Of a stretch of DNA of 64,000 nt, positions 1 through 10,140 are shown piece by piece. This DNA is from Christensenellaceae bacterium (GTDB lineage: Bacteria; Bacillota; Clostridia; Christensenellales; CAG-138), in assembly GCA_963675855.1 (NCBI GenBank), contig OY776633.1, forward strand, positions 538,546 to 602,545, in the 5' to 3' direction. Position 1 is the stretch's first letter. Each line of letters opens with the position of its first letter. Below the pieces are notes generated by a model. That model made no database searches, was not told the origin of the DNA, and saw nothing but the letters and a program-made list of their open reading frames with translations. The translations under genes were made by a program, and so were the position numbers.

Positions 1-660
1 GAGCTTGTCGATATGCTCTTCGACCTGAGCGAACCGGATTCCGGAACGGCGACGGTGAACGGCACGGACGTGATCAACGCCTCGCAGGCGCGCATCCGCG
101 CGCTTGGCGTATCGCTTGTTCCGGAGGACCGCATGACCTACGGCATCGCGGACGCGGCGACGATTGAAGAAAACCTCATCTCCGACCGTTTTGAGGAGAA
201 ACGCTTCAACTCAGGCCCGCTGTTCAATATGAAGGCTCTGCACGCCGAAAGCGACAGGCTGATCAAAGACTACACCGTGCTCTGCAAGTCCAGGAAACAG
301 AAGGTAAAGATGCTCTCCGGCGGCAATATCCAGAAAGTCGTCGTCGCGCGCGAGTTTTCGAGCGAACCTACGCTGATCATCGCCGATCAGCCGACGCGCG
401 GCATCGACGTCGGCGCGACGGAGTTTATCCGCAAAAAACTCGTCGACCTTTCCCGCGCGGGCGCGGCGGTGCTGCTCGTTTCCGCCGACCTCAACGAGGT
501 CATGGAGTTAAGCGACAGCCTCATCGTGCTATACGGCGGGAAGGTCGCAGCGTATTTCGACGACACCAGCCAGCTCGACGACGTGACGATGGGCGAATAT
601 ATGCTCGGGCTCAAGCGCCAGAGCGACGAGGAAATCGGGAGGGTTTGTCATGAAGGATAA
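1..660 (+). CDS. ABC transporter ATP-binding protein, C-terminal portion (gene begins upstream of window); BMP/sugar-nucleoside importer type
   Basis: Frame 1 is open from base 1 (ELVDMLFDL...); ABC signature LSGGNIQKV and Walker B LIIADQPTRGID; stop at 658-660 overlaps the start of the next permease gene. Confidence 0.85.
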   Translation, partial: ELVDMLFDLSEPDSGTATVNGTDVINASQARIRALGVSLVPEDRMTYGIADAATIEENLISDRFEEKRFNSGPLFNMKALHAESDRLIKDYTVLCKSRKQKVKMLSGGNIQKVVVAREFSSEPTLIIADQPTRGIDVGATEFIRKKLVDLSRAGAAVLLVSADLNEVMELSDSLIVLYGGKVAAYFDDTSQLDDVTMGEYMLGLKRQSDEEIGRVCHEG

Positions 661-1771
661 AAGGATGTTCGCGTTCGAACTCATCCGCGGCGCCGCGGCC
701 ATCGCGGTCGCGCTTGCGGTGGGAACGATCTTTATTTTCCTCAGTTCGGACGAGCCGTTCACGGCGCTGCGGTACCTGCTCATAGGACCGCTGGTCTCGC
801 TCAGGGACGGCGTGGCCAGTTTCAATACGCAAGGGTTTTATACGATCCTCGCGGCGATGATACCGACCATCTTCACGGGTCTTGCGGTCTGCGTGATGTT
901 CTCGAGCAATCAGTTCAACCTCGCCGGCGAGGGCGTCGTCATGACGGGCGGGTTCGTCGCCGCGCTCGCGGGCATCTATATCCATATGAATACCGGATGG
1001 CACGCGGTGCTGTGCGTGCTCATCGCGGCGGCGGTCGGCGGCGTGGTCATGCTGATCCCGGCGCTGTTAAAAGTCAAGCTCGGCGCGAGCGAGATGGTCA
1101 CCAGCCTCATGCTCAACTACGTATGTATGTTCACCGTGCTGCATTTTCTAAACTACACGTTCGCCGACCGCAGCAAAGGTTCCACACAGACGTTTCCGTT
1201 CGCGGAAACGGCGAAGATCGGCTCGCTGGTGCCGGGCGGCAGCAAGCTCAGCTGGGGATTCGTCGTGGCGCTCGTGTTCGTCGTGGTCATCGCGCTGTTT
1301 ATGTACCGCACGCGCTGGGGTTACGCCATCCGCATGATCGGCGTCAACCAGGCGTTCTCCAAATACTCCGGCATGAAGGTCGGGGGCACCATCGTACTCG
1401 CGCAGGTGATCGGCGGCGTGCTGTCCGGCATGGGCGGCAGCATCGAGGTGCTGGGGCGGTATTCGACGTTCCTTTGGAAAGAACTTCCCGGTTACGGCTG
1501 GACGGGCGTGACCATCGCCATCCTTGCCAAGAACAATCCGTTGCTCGTTCCGCTGGCCGCGTTTTTCATCGCCTATCTCAACAAAGGCTGTCAGCTGATG
1601 GCGACGTACTGCGACGTGCCGAGCGAGATGATCGACATCATTCAGGCGGCCATCTTCCTCTTCTTCGCGGCGGAACAGTTCCTCTCCGGCTACCGGCAGA
1701 GGATTGTGGTCAAGAATACACGCGCGGACCTAGCCAAAGCGGTCACGGCTTCGGACGGGGGTGACGAATAA
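650..1771 (+). CDS. ABC transporter permease (BMP-family nucleoside/simple-sugar type)
   Basis: 373-aa multi-TM ORF; start overlaps upstream ATPase stop; co-directional with a second permease. Confidence 0.85.
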   Translation: MKDKRMFAFELIRGAAAIAVALAVGTIFIFLSSDEPFTALRYLLIGPLVSLRDGVASFNTQGFYTILAAMIPTIFTGLAVCVMFSSNQFNLAGEGVVMTGGFVAALAGIYIHMNTGWHAVLCVLIAAAVGGVVMLIPALLKVKLGASEMVTSLMLNYVCMFTVLHFLNYTFADRSKGSTQTFPFAETAKIGSLVPGGSKLSWGFVVALVFVVVIALFMYRTRWGYAIRMIGVNQAFSKYSGMKVGGTIVLAQVIGGVLSGMGGSIEVLGRYSTFLWKELPGYGWTGVTIAILAKNNPLLVPLAAFFIAYLNKGCQLMATYCDVPSEMIDIIQAAIFLFFAAEQFLSGYRQRIVVKNTRADLAKAVTASDGGDE

Positions 1772-2727
1772 TGTGGAGTCAACTGTTTGATACCATCTTT
1801 AAAGCGGAATTTCTCTTCTCCGTGATCCGCATTACCGCGCCGATCCTCTTTGCGGCGCTCGGCGCGGTCATCGCCGGAAAAGCGGGTGTGTTCAACATCG
1901 GCCTTGAGGGCATTATGATGATCTCCGCGCTGTTCGGCGTGCTGTTCAGCTACTGGACGCAGAGCTGGCTCGTCGGCGTCATCGGCGCGATGGTCGTCGG
2001 CGTACTGCTCGGCCTCATGATGGGCTTCTTCGCGCTCAAACTCAAGACGGACATCATCCTCGCCGGTATCGCGGTCAATATGATGGGCGCGGGCGGGACG
2101 ATTTTCCTGCTGTATATGTTCACCGGCATGCGCGGCAACACCGGCGCGCTGGTGAGCCCCAACATCCTGATTCCGACCGTGAATATCCCGCTCATCAAGG
2201 ATATTCCGATTCTCGGCGACATTCTGTCCGGTCACGCGGTGCTCACGTATCTGGCGTTCCTGCTCGTGTGGCTCATCTGGCTGCTGCTTTACCGCACGCC
2301 GCTGGGGCTGAACATCCGCGCCGTGGGCGAAAACGCGAACGCGGCTTCGAGCGTCGGCGTGAGCGTAAAGAGGATCCAGTATATCGCCATCGCGCTCTCC
2401 GGCGCGCTCGCCGGATTCGGCGGCGCGTTCATGTCCATGTATTATTCGCAGGGCTGGAACAGCGGCATGGTCGCCGGGCGCGGATTCATTGCGCTTGCGG
2501 CGCAGGCCATGGGCCGCGGCGAACCGGTTGGCGCGATGCTCAGTTCGCTGCTCTTCGGCCTCGCGCAGGCGCTGCGCACGAAGGTAAGCGGACTGCAGGG
2601 CGTGTCGAGCTATCTCGTGTCGCTGATTCCATACGTGGTCACCATACTCGGCCTTGTGATTTACGCGGCGAGCACGATCAAGCGCGTCAAGAAGGTCCGC
2701 GCGTCGAAATCAGAGGCAAAGCGATGA
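1771..2727 (+). CDS. ABC transporter permease (second membrane subunit)
   Basis: 318-aa hydrophobic ORF; ATG 1771 overlaps stop of preceding permease (TAATG); paralogous to it. Confidence 0.85.
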   Translation: MWSQLFDTIFKAEFLFSVIRITAPILFAALGAVIAGKAGVFNIGLEGIMMISALFGVLFSYWTQSWLVGVIGAMVVGVLLGLMMGFFALKLKTDIILAGIAVNMMGAGGTIFLLYMFTGMRGNTGALVSPNILIPTVNIPLIKDIPILGDILSGHAVLTYLAFLLVWLIWLLLYRTPLGLNIRAVGENANAASSVGVSVKRIQYIAIALSGALAGFGGAFMSMYYSQGWNSGMVAGRGFIALAAQAMGRGEPVGAMLSSLLFGLAQALRTKVSGLQGVSSYLVSLIPYVVTILGLVIYAASTIKRVKKVRASKSEAKR

Positions 2728-3674
2728 CGCGGCGGATTCCTGTGATTCTGGACGGCGACCCCGGCCACGACGACGCGATCGCCTGGGTGCTGGCTAACGC
2801 CAGCCCCATGCTGGAGATCAAAGCCGTCACCTCGGTCTGCGGCAACCAGACGATACAGAAGACGACCTATAACGCGGGCCGCATTAAGGCGTTGATCGGC
2901 CTCGGCGTACCGCTTGCGGCGGGGCGCGTCAAGCCGCTCGTTGCGGATCCCATCATCGCGCCGACGGTACACGGCGCATCCGGTCTGGACGGCCCCGCTT
3001 TGCCGGAACCCGTGGACGAGCCGGTGGCGCAGGACGCCGCGACGCTCATGGCGGAGATTCTGGAAGAGAGCGACGAGCCCGTCGTTCTGGTTCCGACAGG
3101 ACCGCTGACAAACGTTGCCGCGTTGCTGCTTTTGTACCCGCACCTCAAAGCGAAGATCAAACATATCTACCTCATGGGCGGCGGCATCCAGTACGGCAAC
3201 TGGACGCCCGCGGCGGAGTTCAACATCCTCGTCGACCCCGAGGCGGCGGACGTCGTCTTTACCAGCGGCGTGCCGATCACCATGGCGGGACTGGACGTGA
3301 CGGAACAGGCGCTGGTGTTTCCGGAGGATTTCGAACGCATCCGCGCGGTGGGAAACCCCGTGGCAAAGGTCGTTGCGGAGTGGCTCGACTTCTTTTACGG
3401 ATTCCATCGCAGCATCGGCTATCCCGGCGCGCCCGTACACGACGCGGTCGCCGTCGCAGCGCTCGTGCGGCCCGAGATATTGACCATGGAGGACATGTAC
3501 GTGGCTATCGAGACCACGGGCGACTACTGCCGGGGCGCCACGATAGGCGACCGGCTCGGCGTGCTGAACAAACCCGCCAACGCGCGCGTGATCATGGGCA
3601 TCGACCGCGAAGCGTTTGTCGACCTTCTGGTCGAAGCGGCCGAATATTACGGCAAAGGAGGCGATCGCGCATGA
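2724..3674 (+). CDS. nucleoside hydrolase (inosine/uridine-preferring IUNH family)
   Basis: ATG 2724 overlaps permease stop; N-terminal aspartate cluster ILDGDPGHDDAIA; the 468-aa track ORF (from 2268) is an upstream read-through extension. Confidence 0.85.
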   Translation: MTRRIPVILDGDPGHDDAIAWVLANASPMLEIKAVTSVCGNQTIQKTTYNAGRIKALIGLGVPLAAGRVKPLVADPIIAPTVHGASGLDGPALPEPVDEPVAQDAATLMAEILEESDEPVVLVPTGPLTNVAALLLLYPHLKAKIKHIYLMGGGIQYGNWTPAAEFNILVDPEAADVVFTSGVPITMAGLDVTEQALVFPEDFERIRAVGNPVAKVVAEWLDFFYGFHRSIGYPGAPVHDAVAVAALVRPEILTMEDMYVAIETTGDYCRGATIGDRLGVLNKPANARVIMGIDREAFVDLLVEAAEYYGKGGDRA

Positions 3675-4606
3675 AAAAATTCCCGATGCTGCTTGACTGC
3701 GATACGGGTGTGGACGACGCGGCCGCCATCCTGCTTGCAAAACATCTCAAAACGCTGGAGCTCGTCGCGCTTACCAGCGTTGCGGGCAACGTGGAGATCG
3801 AACATACCACGGACAACGCGCTGCGCGTGCTGGAGCTTGCGGGGATGATGGATGTTCCCGTTTTCCGCGGCGCGGAAAAGCCGCTCATCGGCGAACAGGT
3901 CACCGCGCACTACGTGCATGGCAAAAACGGCCTGAACGAAATCGTGTTGCCGCCGTCGAAGCGAAAGACGGAAACGATACCCGCTTGGGATGCGATCTAT
4001 CGGTACGCAAAGCGGTACCCTGGCGAACTCGTGATCGTTGCGATCGGCCCGCTGACCAACCTCGCGCTTGCGATCGCGAAATATAAGGAACTGCCCGAAC
4101 TGGTCAAGCGAATCGTGGTAATGGGCGGCGCGGCCAAGGGCGGAAACATCACGCCAAGCGCGGAGTTCAACATCTACGCAGACCCCGAAGCCGCGGACAT
4201 GGTGCTTACATGCGGCGCGCCGGTGTATCTGTGCGGGCTGGACGTCACGATGGCGTCCTACTTCACGGTCGAGGAGCTCGAAGAACTCGCCGCACAGGGC
4301 ACGAAGCAGGCCGTGTTTGCGCGGGACGTGCTGCAGGGTGTTTTAAAGTATTACCGCGGATTCGGTTTTCCGGGCGTTGCGCTTCACGATCCCGTCACGC
4401 TGCTGTACGCCGACGACGATTCGTATTTTGAGACCAAACACGCGGGAATCCGCGTGGAGACGAAAGGAAAGCTGACACGCGGCAAGACCGTGACCGACCT
4501 CTACAGCGACAAGCAGATGGATCACAACGCACATTTCATAACAAAGGTCGACCGGGAGGAATTCAAGAAACGCGTGTTCGAGTTGATGGCAAAGTACGCA
4601 GAGTAA
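3671..4606 (+). CDS. nucleoside hydrolase (IUNH family), tandem paralogue
   Basis: ATG 3671 overlaps preceding stop (ATGA); N-terminal LLDCDTGVDDAAAI motif; track ORF from 3380 is an extension. Confidence 0.85.
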   Translation: MKKFPMLLDCDTGVDDAAAILLAKHLKTLELVALTSVAGNVEIEHTTDNALRVLELAGMMDVPVFRGAEKPLIGEQVTAHYVHGKNGLNEIVLPPSKRKTETIPAWDAIYRYAKRYPGELVIVAIGPLTNLALAIAKYKELPELVKRIVVMGGAAKGGNITPSAEFNIYADPEAADMVLTCGAPVYLCGLDVTMASYFTVEELEELAAQGTKQAVFARDVLQGVLKYYRGFGFPGVALHDPVTLLYADDDSYFETKHAGIRVETKGKLTRGKTVTDLYSDKQMDHNAHFITKVDREEFKKRVFELMAKYAE

Positions 4607-4608
4607 GG

Positions 4609-4647
4609 AAAACGGCTTTTGCCAAATGGCAAAAGCCGTTTTGTTTT
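4609..4647. terminator. bidirectional rho-independent terminator
   Basis: Perfect hairpin aaaacggcttttgcc-aaat-ggcaaaagccgtttt flanked by A/T runs, between convergent genes. Confidence 0.75.
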
Positions 4648-4672
4648 ATGCAAAAAAACGGTACAATAAGAG

Positions 4673-5416
4673 TTAGACGAGCCGCAGTACTTTCGTAAAC
4701 GCGTCGAGCGCGGTCAGTATCTCGCTCTCCTCACCGCGCATGGCTGCGGTTTCGCCGTCGACATAGCTGCCGATGGCTTCAAGCGTGTCGGTTTCAAACG
4801 CGACGACGTTGTTGAGGATGCTCATCGTGCGCACGCCGCGCAGGTGCCCGATGGTATAGAGCGCGGCGGTCTCCATGTCCGCGCCGAGCACGCCTTGCTT
4901 CGACCAATACGCGTCGATCTCCTCTTCGCGGTCGGTGTAAAAGCTGTCGTGGCTTCTGGCGATGCCGATATGGTGCGCGTATCCCCTTTCCTTCGCGGCG
5001 GCCGCGCAGGCAAAGAGCAGCCCATAGTCCGGCACGGCGGGAAAAACGGGTTCTATATACGTTTTGCTCGTGCCGTCGTCGCGCACCGCGCCGGATACGA
5101 GGATCAAATCGCCGATCTTCACGCTAGGCTGCAGCGCGCCGCAGCTGCCGATGCGGATCATGTTTTGTACGCCGAGGTTATGAAGTTCCTCGAGCGCGAT
5201 TCCGGCGGACGCGCCGCCGATACCGGTTGATACGGCGAGCATGCGGATGCCTTTGTAACCGCCGACGAGGCTGCGGTATTCGCGGTTATATGCGATCTCC
5301 TCCGCGCCGTCGAGAAACGGCTTGATGCGGTCGAGCCGGGCGGGATCGCCCGGCAGAAGCGCGCAGGACGCGCCGTGATTGCTGTCGAGACGGATGTGTG
5401 GCTGTAGCTGCGGCAT
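4673..5416 (-). CDS. udp: uridine phosphorylase (PNP/UDP family)
   Basis: LPGDPAR, STGIGGAS, RIGSCGA, VRDDGTS and DMETAAL motifs match my recollection of E. coli Udp better than DeoD. Confidence 0.75.
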   Translation of the reverse strand: MPQLQPHIRLDSNHGASCALLPGDPARLDRIKPFLDGAEEIAYNREYRSLVGGYKGIRMLAVSTGIGGASAGIALEELHNLGVQNMIRIGSCGALQPSVKIGDLILVSGAVRDDGTSKTYIEPVFPAVPDYGLLFACAAAAKERGYAHHIGIARSHDSFYTDREEEIDAYWSKQGVLGADMETAALYTIGHLRGVRTMSILNNVVAFETDTLEAIGSYVDGETAAMRGEESEILTALDAFTKVLRLV

Positions 5417-5499
5417 ACGCTGATCTCCTTTTTATTTGGAATCGATATAAAGGTATTTTATCATAAAAAGACTGTATGCAGAAAACGGAGGCAACCGCA

Positions 5500-6429
5500 T
5501 TGGCAAGAATTTTAAACTTCGGTTCTTTAAACCTCGACCGGGTCTACCGCGTGGATAAATTCATACAACCCGGAGAAACGAAGCCCTGCCGCTCGCTCGA
5601 GACGCATTGCGGCGGCAAGGGGCTCAACCAGTCCGTCGCGGCGGCGCGCGCGGGCGCAGAGGTTTGGCACGCGGGGATCGTCGGACGCGACGGCGGCATG
5701 CTCTATGATAAACTCGGTGAAAACGGCGTAAACCTGAGCCTGATCGAACGCTCGGAAAACGTCTCCGGCCACGCGATCATTCAGGTGGACGACAGCGGCC
5801 AGAACTGCATTCTGCTCTACGGCGGCACGAACCGGGAATTGACGATTGCGTACATTGACCGCGCGCTGGAGGCGTTTGGAACCGGCGGGCTTGTGCTCGT
5901 GCAGAACGAGACGAACCTCGTTGACGAAATCATCGAACGCGCGCACGAAAAAGGTTTGATGGTCGCCATCAACGCCGCGCCGATGGATAAAAGCGTATTT
6001 TCCTACCCGCTGCAGTACGTAGACTGGCTCGTTGTCAACGAGATCGAAGGCGCGGCGATCGCCGGATGCGAACGAGAGGAGGATATCCTGCCGACGCTTG
6101 CAAAAAAATACCCGAACATGAACGTGCTGCTCACGCTGGGTAAACGCGGCGCGGTCTGCGCGCGCGGAACAGAGCGCGCAAGAAGCGGGATTTATAACAC
6201 CAAGGTCGTAGACACCACGGCGGCGGGAGACACGTTCTCCGGATATTTTCTGACCGAGGTGCTGAACGGGGCCAGCCTGAACGACGCGCTCTCGCTCGCC
6301 ACCGCCGCTTCCTCCATGTGCGTGCAGGTGGCGGGCGCGGCGGACTCCGTGCCGCTGCGAAAAGACGCGCTGCATGCGCAGAAAACGGGTTCGCTCGGCG
6401 AACTAGGAGAATGGGGAGGCTGGAAATGA
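5500..6429 (+). CDS. rbsK: ribokinase (PfkB family)
   Basis: FGSLNLD, GGKGLNQSVAAARAG and TTAAGDTF motifs; TTG 5500 sits 8 nt after GGAGG (alternative ATG 5476 lacks an RBS). Confidence 0.8.
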   Translation: MARILNFGSLNLDRVYRVDKFIQPGETKPCRSLETHCGGKGLNQSVAAARAGAEVWHAGIVGRDGGMLYDKLGENGVNLSLIERSENVSGHAIIQVDDSGQNCILLYGGTNRELTIAYIDRALEAFGTGGLVLVQNETNLVDEIIERAHEKGLMVAINAAPMDKSVFSYPLQYVDWLVVNEIEGAAIAGCEREEDILPTLAKKYPNMNVLLTLGKRGAVCARGTERARSGIYNTKVVDTTAAGDTFSGYFLTEVLNGASLNDALSLATAASSMCVQVAGAADSVPLRKDALHAQKTGSLGELGEWGGWK

Positions 6430-7019
6430 CAAACGTGCTTTATATCGACTGCTGCATCCGCCAGGAGGAGAGCCGAACGCGGCGGCTGGCCGAGGCGTTT
6501 TTATCCGCGCTATCGGAGCGCCCGGACATAAACATCGAGCGGCTGACGCTCATGGACGAGCCGATCATCCCGTTTCAAAACGGCTTCTTCTGGCAGCGGG
6601 AACGGTTGGTCGAAGCGGGCGAATTCGACCATCCGCGCTTTCGTTACGCGCACCAGTTCCAGCAGGCGGACCGGATCGTGGTCGCAGCCCCGTTTTGGGA
6701 TCTGAGCGTACCGGCGCTTCTTAAGGTTTATATCGAGAACGTCAACGTGCAGGGCATCACCTTCGACTGCGACGATCAAAACGGGTGCTTCGGCATGTGC
6801 CGCGCAAAGAAGATGCTGTTTGTTACCACGCGCGGCGGCGCGCTGGAGGGCGATCCGATGGACAATGGAACGAAATACCTCGGCGATATGGCGAAGTTCT
6901 TCGGCATTCCGCAGTTTATGCATATCGCGGCGGACGGGCTCGACCTTGGACTGGAATCGGTGGAGGATATTCTCGGGCGTGCGATCGGCCGCGCGAAAGA
7001 ACAGGCGAAGACATTTTAA
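6426..7019 (+). CDS. NAD(P)H-dependent oxidoreductase, flavodoxin-like fold (azoreductase/ACP-phosphodiesterase-like)
   Basis: ATG 6426 overlaps rbsK stop; about 197 aa; pattern VLYIDCC...ADRIVVAAPFWDLSVPALLK typical of FMN-dependent NADH azoreductase-like proteins. Confidence 0.65.
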   Translation: MTNVLYIDCCIRQEESRTRRLAEAFLSALSERPDINIERLTLMDEPIIPFQNGFFWQRERLVEAGEFDHPRFRYAHQFQQADRIVVAAPFWDLSVPALLKVYIENVNVQGITFDCDDQNGCFGMCRAKKMLFVTTRGGALEGDPMDNGTKYLGDMAKFFGIPQFMHIAADGLDLGLESVEDILGRAIGRAKEQAKTF

Positions 7020-7048
7020 CCCGTGATAAAAAACGGAGAGGAACGCGA

Positions 7049-8119
7049 ATGAAAGCGGTAGTTTACGAAAAAAAAGGCACGGTGCGGTTAAAAGACATGC
7101 CCATGCCGAAAATACAGGAACCCCGGGACGCGATCGTGAAGGTCATGCGCGCGTCCATCTGCTCGAGCGATTTGCATATCCGAAACGGCGGCGTACCGCG
7201 CGCGCAGGAAGGCGTCGTGCTCGGCCACGAGTTCGCGGGCGAAATCGTGGAAACCGGCGCGGGCGTGAAGAAATTCGCGCCGGGCGACCGGGTGGCGGTC
7301 AACGTGGAGAGCTTCTGCGGCGAGTGCTTCTACTGCCGCAGGGGGTTTGTCAACAACTGCGTCGAAGGCGGCTGGGAGCTCGGCTGCCGCATCGACGGCG
7401 GGCAGGCGGAGTACGTGCGCGTACCGACCGCGGACATGAGCTGCACGCGCATTCCGGATGCGATTTCCTACGAGCAGGCGCTATTTGTAGGCGACGTGCT
7501 CGCGACCGGCTACTGGGCGGCGGGCATCGGCGAGATTCAACCCGCCGACGTGGTGCTCGTACTCGGCGCGGGCCCTACGGGGCTTACGACAATGATGTCC
7601 GCGCGGCTGTTCGGCCCGGCTCTCATCGTTGCGGCGGACGTAAACGAAGAGAGGCTCGCGCTGGCAAAGGAACGCGGGCTTTGCGACGTGACGCTCAACC
7701 CGCTGAAAACGGACGTGATCGAGACTGTGCGCGCTCTGACGGACGGACGCGGCGCGGACGTAGTCTTCGAGGTGGCGGGCGCAAAAAACACATTCGAACT
7801 GGCATGGCGAGCGGCGCGGCCGAACGCGGTCGTGGTCGTCGTCGCGCTCTATGAAGAAGCGCAATCTCTGCCGCTGCATCAGATGTATGGAAAAAACCTC
7901 GCCTTTAAAACCGGCGGCGTGGATGCGGGAAAATGCGGCGACATCATGCGCCTCATTGAAGCGGGGCGTCTCGATACGAATCTATTGATCACGCACCGCG
8001 CGCCGCTGAACGATATCATCACGGGCTACGATACGTTCGCTAACCAGAAGGACGGCTGCATCAAGTGGGTCGTCACGCCGTTTGAGCCGGAGAAACCGGT
8101 TTTAAAAGAACAATATTAA
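7049..8119 (+). CDS. zinc-dependent alcohol dehydrogenase (MDR family)
   Basis: RBS GGAGAGG upstream of ATG 7049; GHEFAGEIVE catalytic-Zn motif, CGECFYCRRG structural-Zn cysteines, VLVLGAGPTG Rossmann motif. Confidence 0.85.
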   Translation: MKAVVYEKKGTVRLKDMPMPKIQEPRDAIVKVMRASICSSDLHIRNGGVPRAQEGVVLGHEFAGEIVETGAGVKKFAPGDRVAVNVESFCGECFYCRRGFVNNCVEGGWELGCRIDGGQAEYVRVPTADMSCTRIPDAISYEQALFVGDVLATGYWAAGIGEIQPADVVLVLGAGPTGLTTMMSARLFGPALIVAADVNEERLALAKERGLCDVTLNPLKTDVIETVRALTDGRGADVVFEVAGAKNTFELAWRAARPNAVVVVVALYEEAQSLPLHQMYGKNLAFKTGGVDAGKCGDIMRLIEAGRLDTNLLITHRAPLNDIITGYDTFANQKDGCIKWVVTPFEPEKPVLKEQY

Positions 8120-8140
8120 ACTTAACGCGAGGAGTATGCG

Positions 8141-9340
8141 ATGTTTGATCCCGAAGTTGCGGCAATGGAACACGATGTGATCGCCTGGCGCAGGCACATG
8201 CACCGGCATCCGGAGCTGTCGTTTGAGGAAACTAAGACGACCGCCTGGCTGGAAGCGCGTTTGCGCGAAATCGGCGTCGACGCCATCGAACGCCCGGCGG
8301 AGACGGGGCTGGTCGCGCGCGTGTTCGGTGCGAAACCGGGAAAGCCCGCCGTCGTCGCCTTTCGCGCGGATATCGACGCGCTGCCTGTCGCGGAGGAAAA
8401 CGACCTGTCGTACCGCTCGGAAACCGAGGGCGTCATGCACGCCTGCGGCCACGACGGGCACGCGGCGATGCTGCTCGGCCTGGCTTCCCTGCTTGCCGCG
8501 CACAGGGAACAATTTTGCGGCGAAGCGAGGCTGATCTTTCAGCACGCGGAGGAGCAGCCGCCGGGCGGTGCGATCGAGCTCGTCCGCGCGGGCGCGCTTT
8601 CCGGCGCGGAGGCTGTGCTCGGACTGCATCTTTCGAGCAACTTCGACACAGGGGTGTTCGCGCTGAAAAACGGCGTGCTGACATCCAACGTCGACCGCTT
8701 CACAATCGAAGTGACCGGAAAAGGCGGACACTGCGCATTTCCGGAGCAGTGCGCAGACCCGCTTTTGGCCGCGAGTGAAATCGTGCTCGCGCTGCAGAGC
8801 GTCGTCTCGCGGCGCGTGCCCGCATCAGAACCCGCCGTGGTTTCCGTGTGCGAGTTTCACGCCGGCACGGCGTACAACATCATCCCGTCGAAAGCGCGGC
8901 TCAACGCATCGGTCCGCTCGTTCGGCGGGACGACGCGGCGGCTGATCGAACGCGAGGCGCGGCTGATCTGCGAGCGCGTCGCCGAGGCGCACGGCTGCAC
9001 GGCGCGGCTGGATTGGATCGAAGGATACCCGAGCGTGGTCAACGACGAGAAGCTGACCGGTCGCGCGGAGCGGACGATTGCGGAGAGGTTCGGCGCGGAA
9101 CGCGCCAAGCGGATCGGCGTGATCATGCCGGGCGAGGACTTTTCGTACATGCTCGACGGCAGGCCGGGCGTATTCGTCGAGCTGGGCACGAAGAACGCGG
9201 AGATGGGAACGGACAAACCGCATCACAACCCGGCTTACCGCATGGACGAAAACGCGCTTCTTTCCGGGTTGCAGTATCAGTACGACATGGCGCGCGCCCT
9301 GCTCGACGGCACGCGGAATTACTGGGAGAATAAAGCATGA
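8141..9340 (+). CDS. M20-family amidohydrolase (N-acyl-L-amino acid amidohydrolase / hippurate hydrolase-like)
   Basis: MHACGHDGH metal-binding motif, FQHAEE, 399 aa. Confidence 0.8.
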   Translation: MFDPEVAAMEHDVIAWRRHMHRHPELSFEETKTTAWLEARLREIGVDAIERPAETGLVARVFGAKPGKPAVVAFRADIDALPVAEENDLSYRSETEGVMHACGHDGHAAMLLGLASLLAAHREQFCGEARLIFQHAEEQPPGGAIELVRAGALSGAEAVLGLHLSSNFDTGVFALKNGVLTSNVDRFTIEVTGKGGHCAFPEQCADPLLAASEIVLALQSVVSRRVPASEPAVVSVCEFHAGTAYNIIPSKARLNASVRSFGGTTRRLIEREARLICERVAEAHGCTARLDWIEGYPSVVNDEKLTGRAERTIAERFGAERAKRIGVIMPGEDFSYMLDGRPGVFVELGTKNAEMGTDKPHHNPAYRMDENALLSGLQYQYDMARALLDGTRNYWENKA

Positions 9341-10140
9341 AACTCACGGTGCTCATGGACAACCACACCTATATCGACCGCTATTACCTCGGCGAACCGG
9401 CGGTCTGCTATCTGATCGAGGACGGCGGGCGCACGATTCTGTTCGACGCGGGGTATTCGGACGCGTTTATCGAAAACGCCGCGCGTATGGAAATCGATCT
9501 TGGGCGCGTGACGGACGTCGTGCTCTCGCACGGGCACAACGACCACACGGGCGGGCTGCCCGCGTTTATCAAACGTTTCCCGCAGACCGTGCGCCTCTGG
9601 GCGCACCCGAATGCGCTTTCGCCAAAACGGTATGAAGGACTGGATGTTGGATCACCCATGCCGCCTGACGGCTTACCGGCGCAGGTACAGCCGAGGGTTA
9701 CGGCAAATCCTGCCGTCGTGAGCGAGCACGTGCTGTTTCTTGGTGAGATTCCGCGCGTCCATGCCTTCGAGCGCGACCGCGCGATCGGTCAAACGCTCCG
9801 CGGCGGCCGCTGGGAGACGGACGATCTGGCGGACGATACGTCGCTGGCGCTGACGCTGAAAGACGGCGTATTCGTCGTCACCGGCTGCGCACACGCCGGA
9901 ATATGCAATACGGTCGCATACGCAAAACAGGCGACTGGGAAGGACCGCGTGTTGGGCGTGCTCGGCGGATTTCACCTGTTTGAAACGGGGGAGGCGCTCG
10001 AAAAAACGATAAAAATGCTGGAGGAGCTGGGCGTGGAGAAGGTGTATCCGGCGCACTGCACGTCGCTTGCGGTAAAGTGCGCGTTTTTCAACGCGTTCGA
10101 CGCCGCAGAGGTCGGCGTGGGGCTGACGCTGGAGTGGTGA
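9337..10140 (+). CDS. MBL-fold metallo-hydrolase
   Basis: ATGA overlap with upstream gene; SHGHNDHTGG (HxHxDH) motif. Confidence 0.8.
   Translation: MKLTVLMDNHTYIDRYYLGEPAVCYLIEDGGRTILFDAGYSDAFIENAARMEIDLGRVTDVVLSHGHNDHTGGLPAFIKRFPQTVRLWAHPNALSPKRYEGLDVGSPMPPDGLPAQVQPRVTANPAVVSEHVLFLGEIPRVHAFERDRAIGQTLRGGRWETDDLADDTSLALTLKDGVFVVTGCAHAGICNTVAYAKQATGKDRVLGVLGGFHLFETGEALEKTIKMLEELGVEKVYPAHCTSLAVKCAFFNAFDAAEVGVGLTLEW

Noticed and set aside
2268-4606. N-terminal extensions of the two nucleoside-hydrolase ORFs (468 aa and 408 aa in the track)
   Set aside because: The extensions overlap the preceding genes in another frame and are Arg-rich nonsense. Internal ATGs at 2724 and 3671 give the canonical DxDxxxDD N-termini and overlap the upstream stops.
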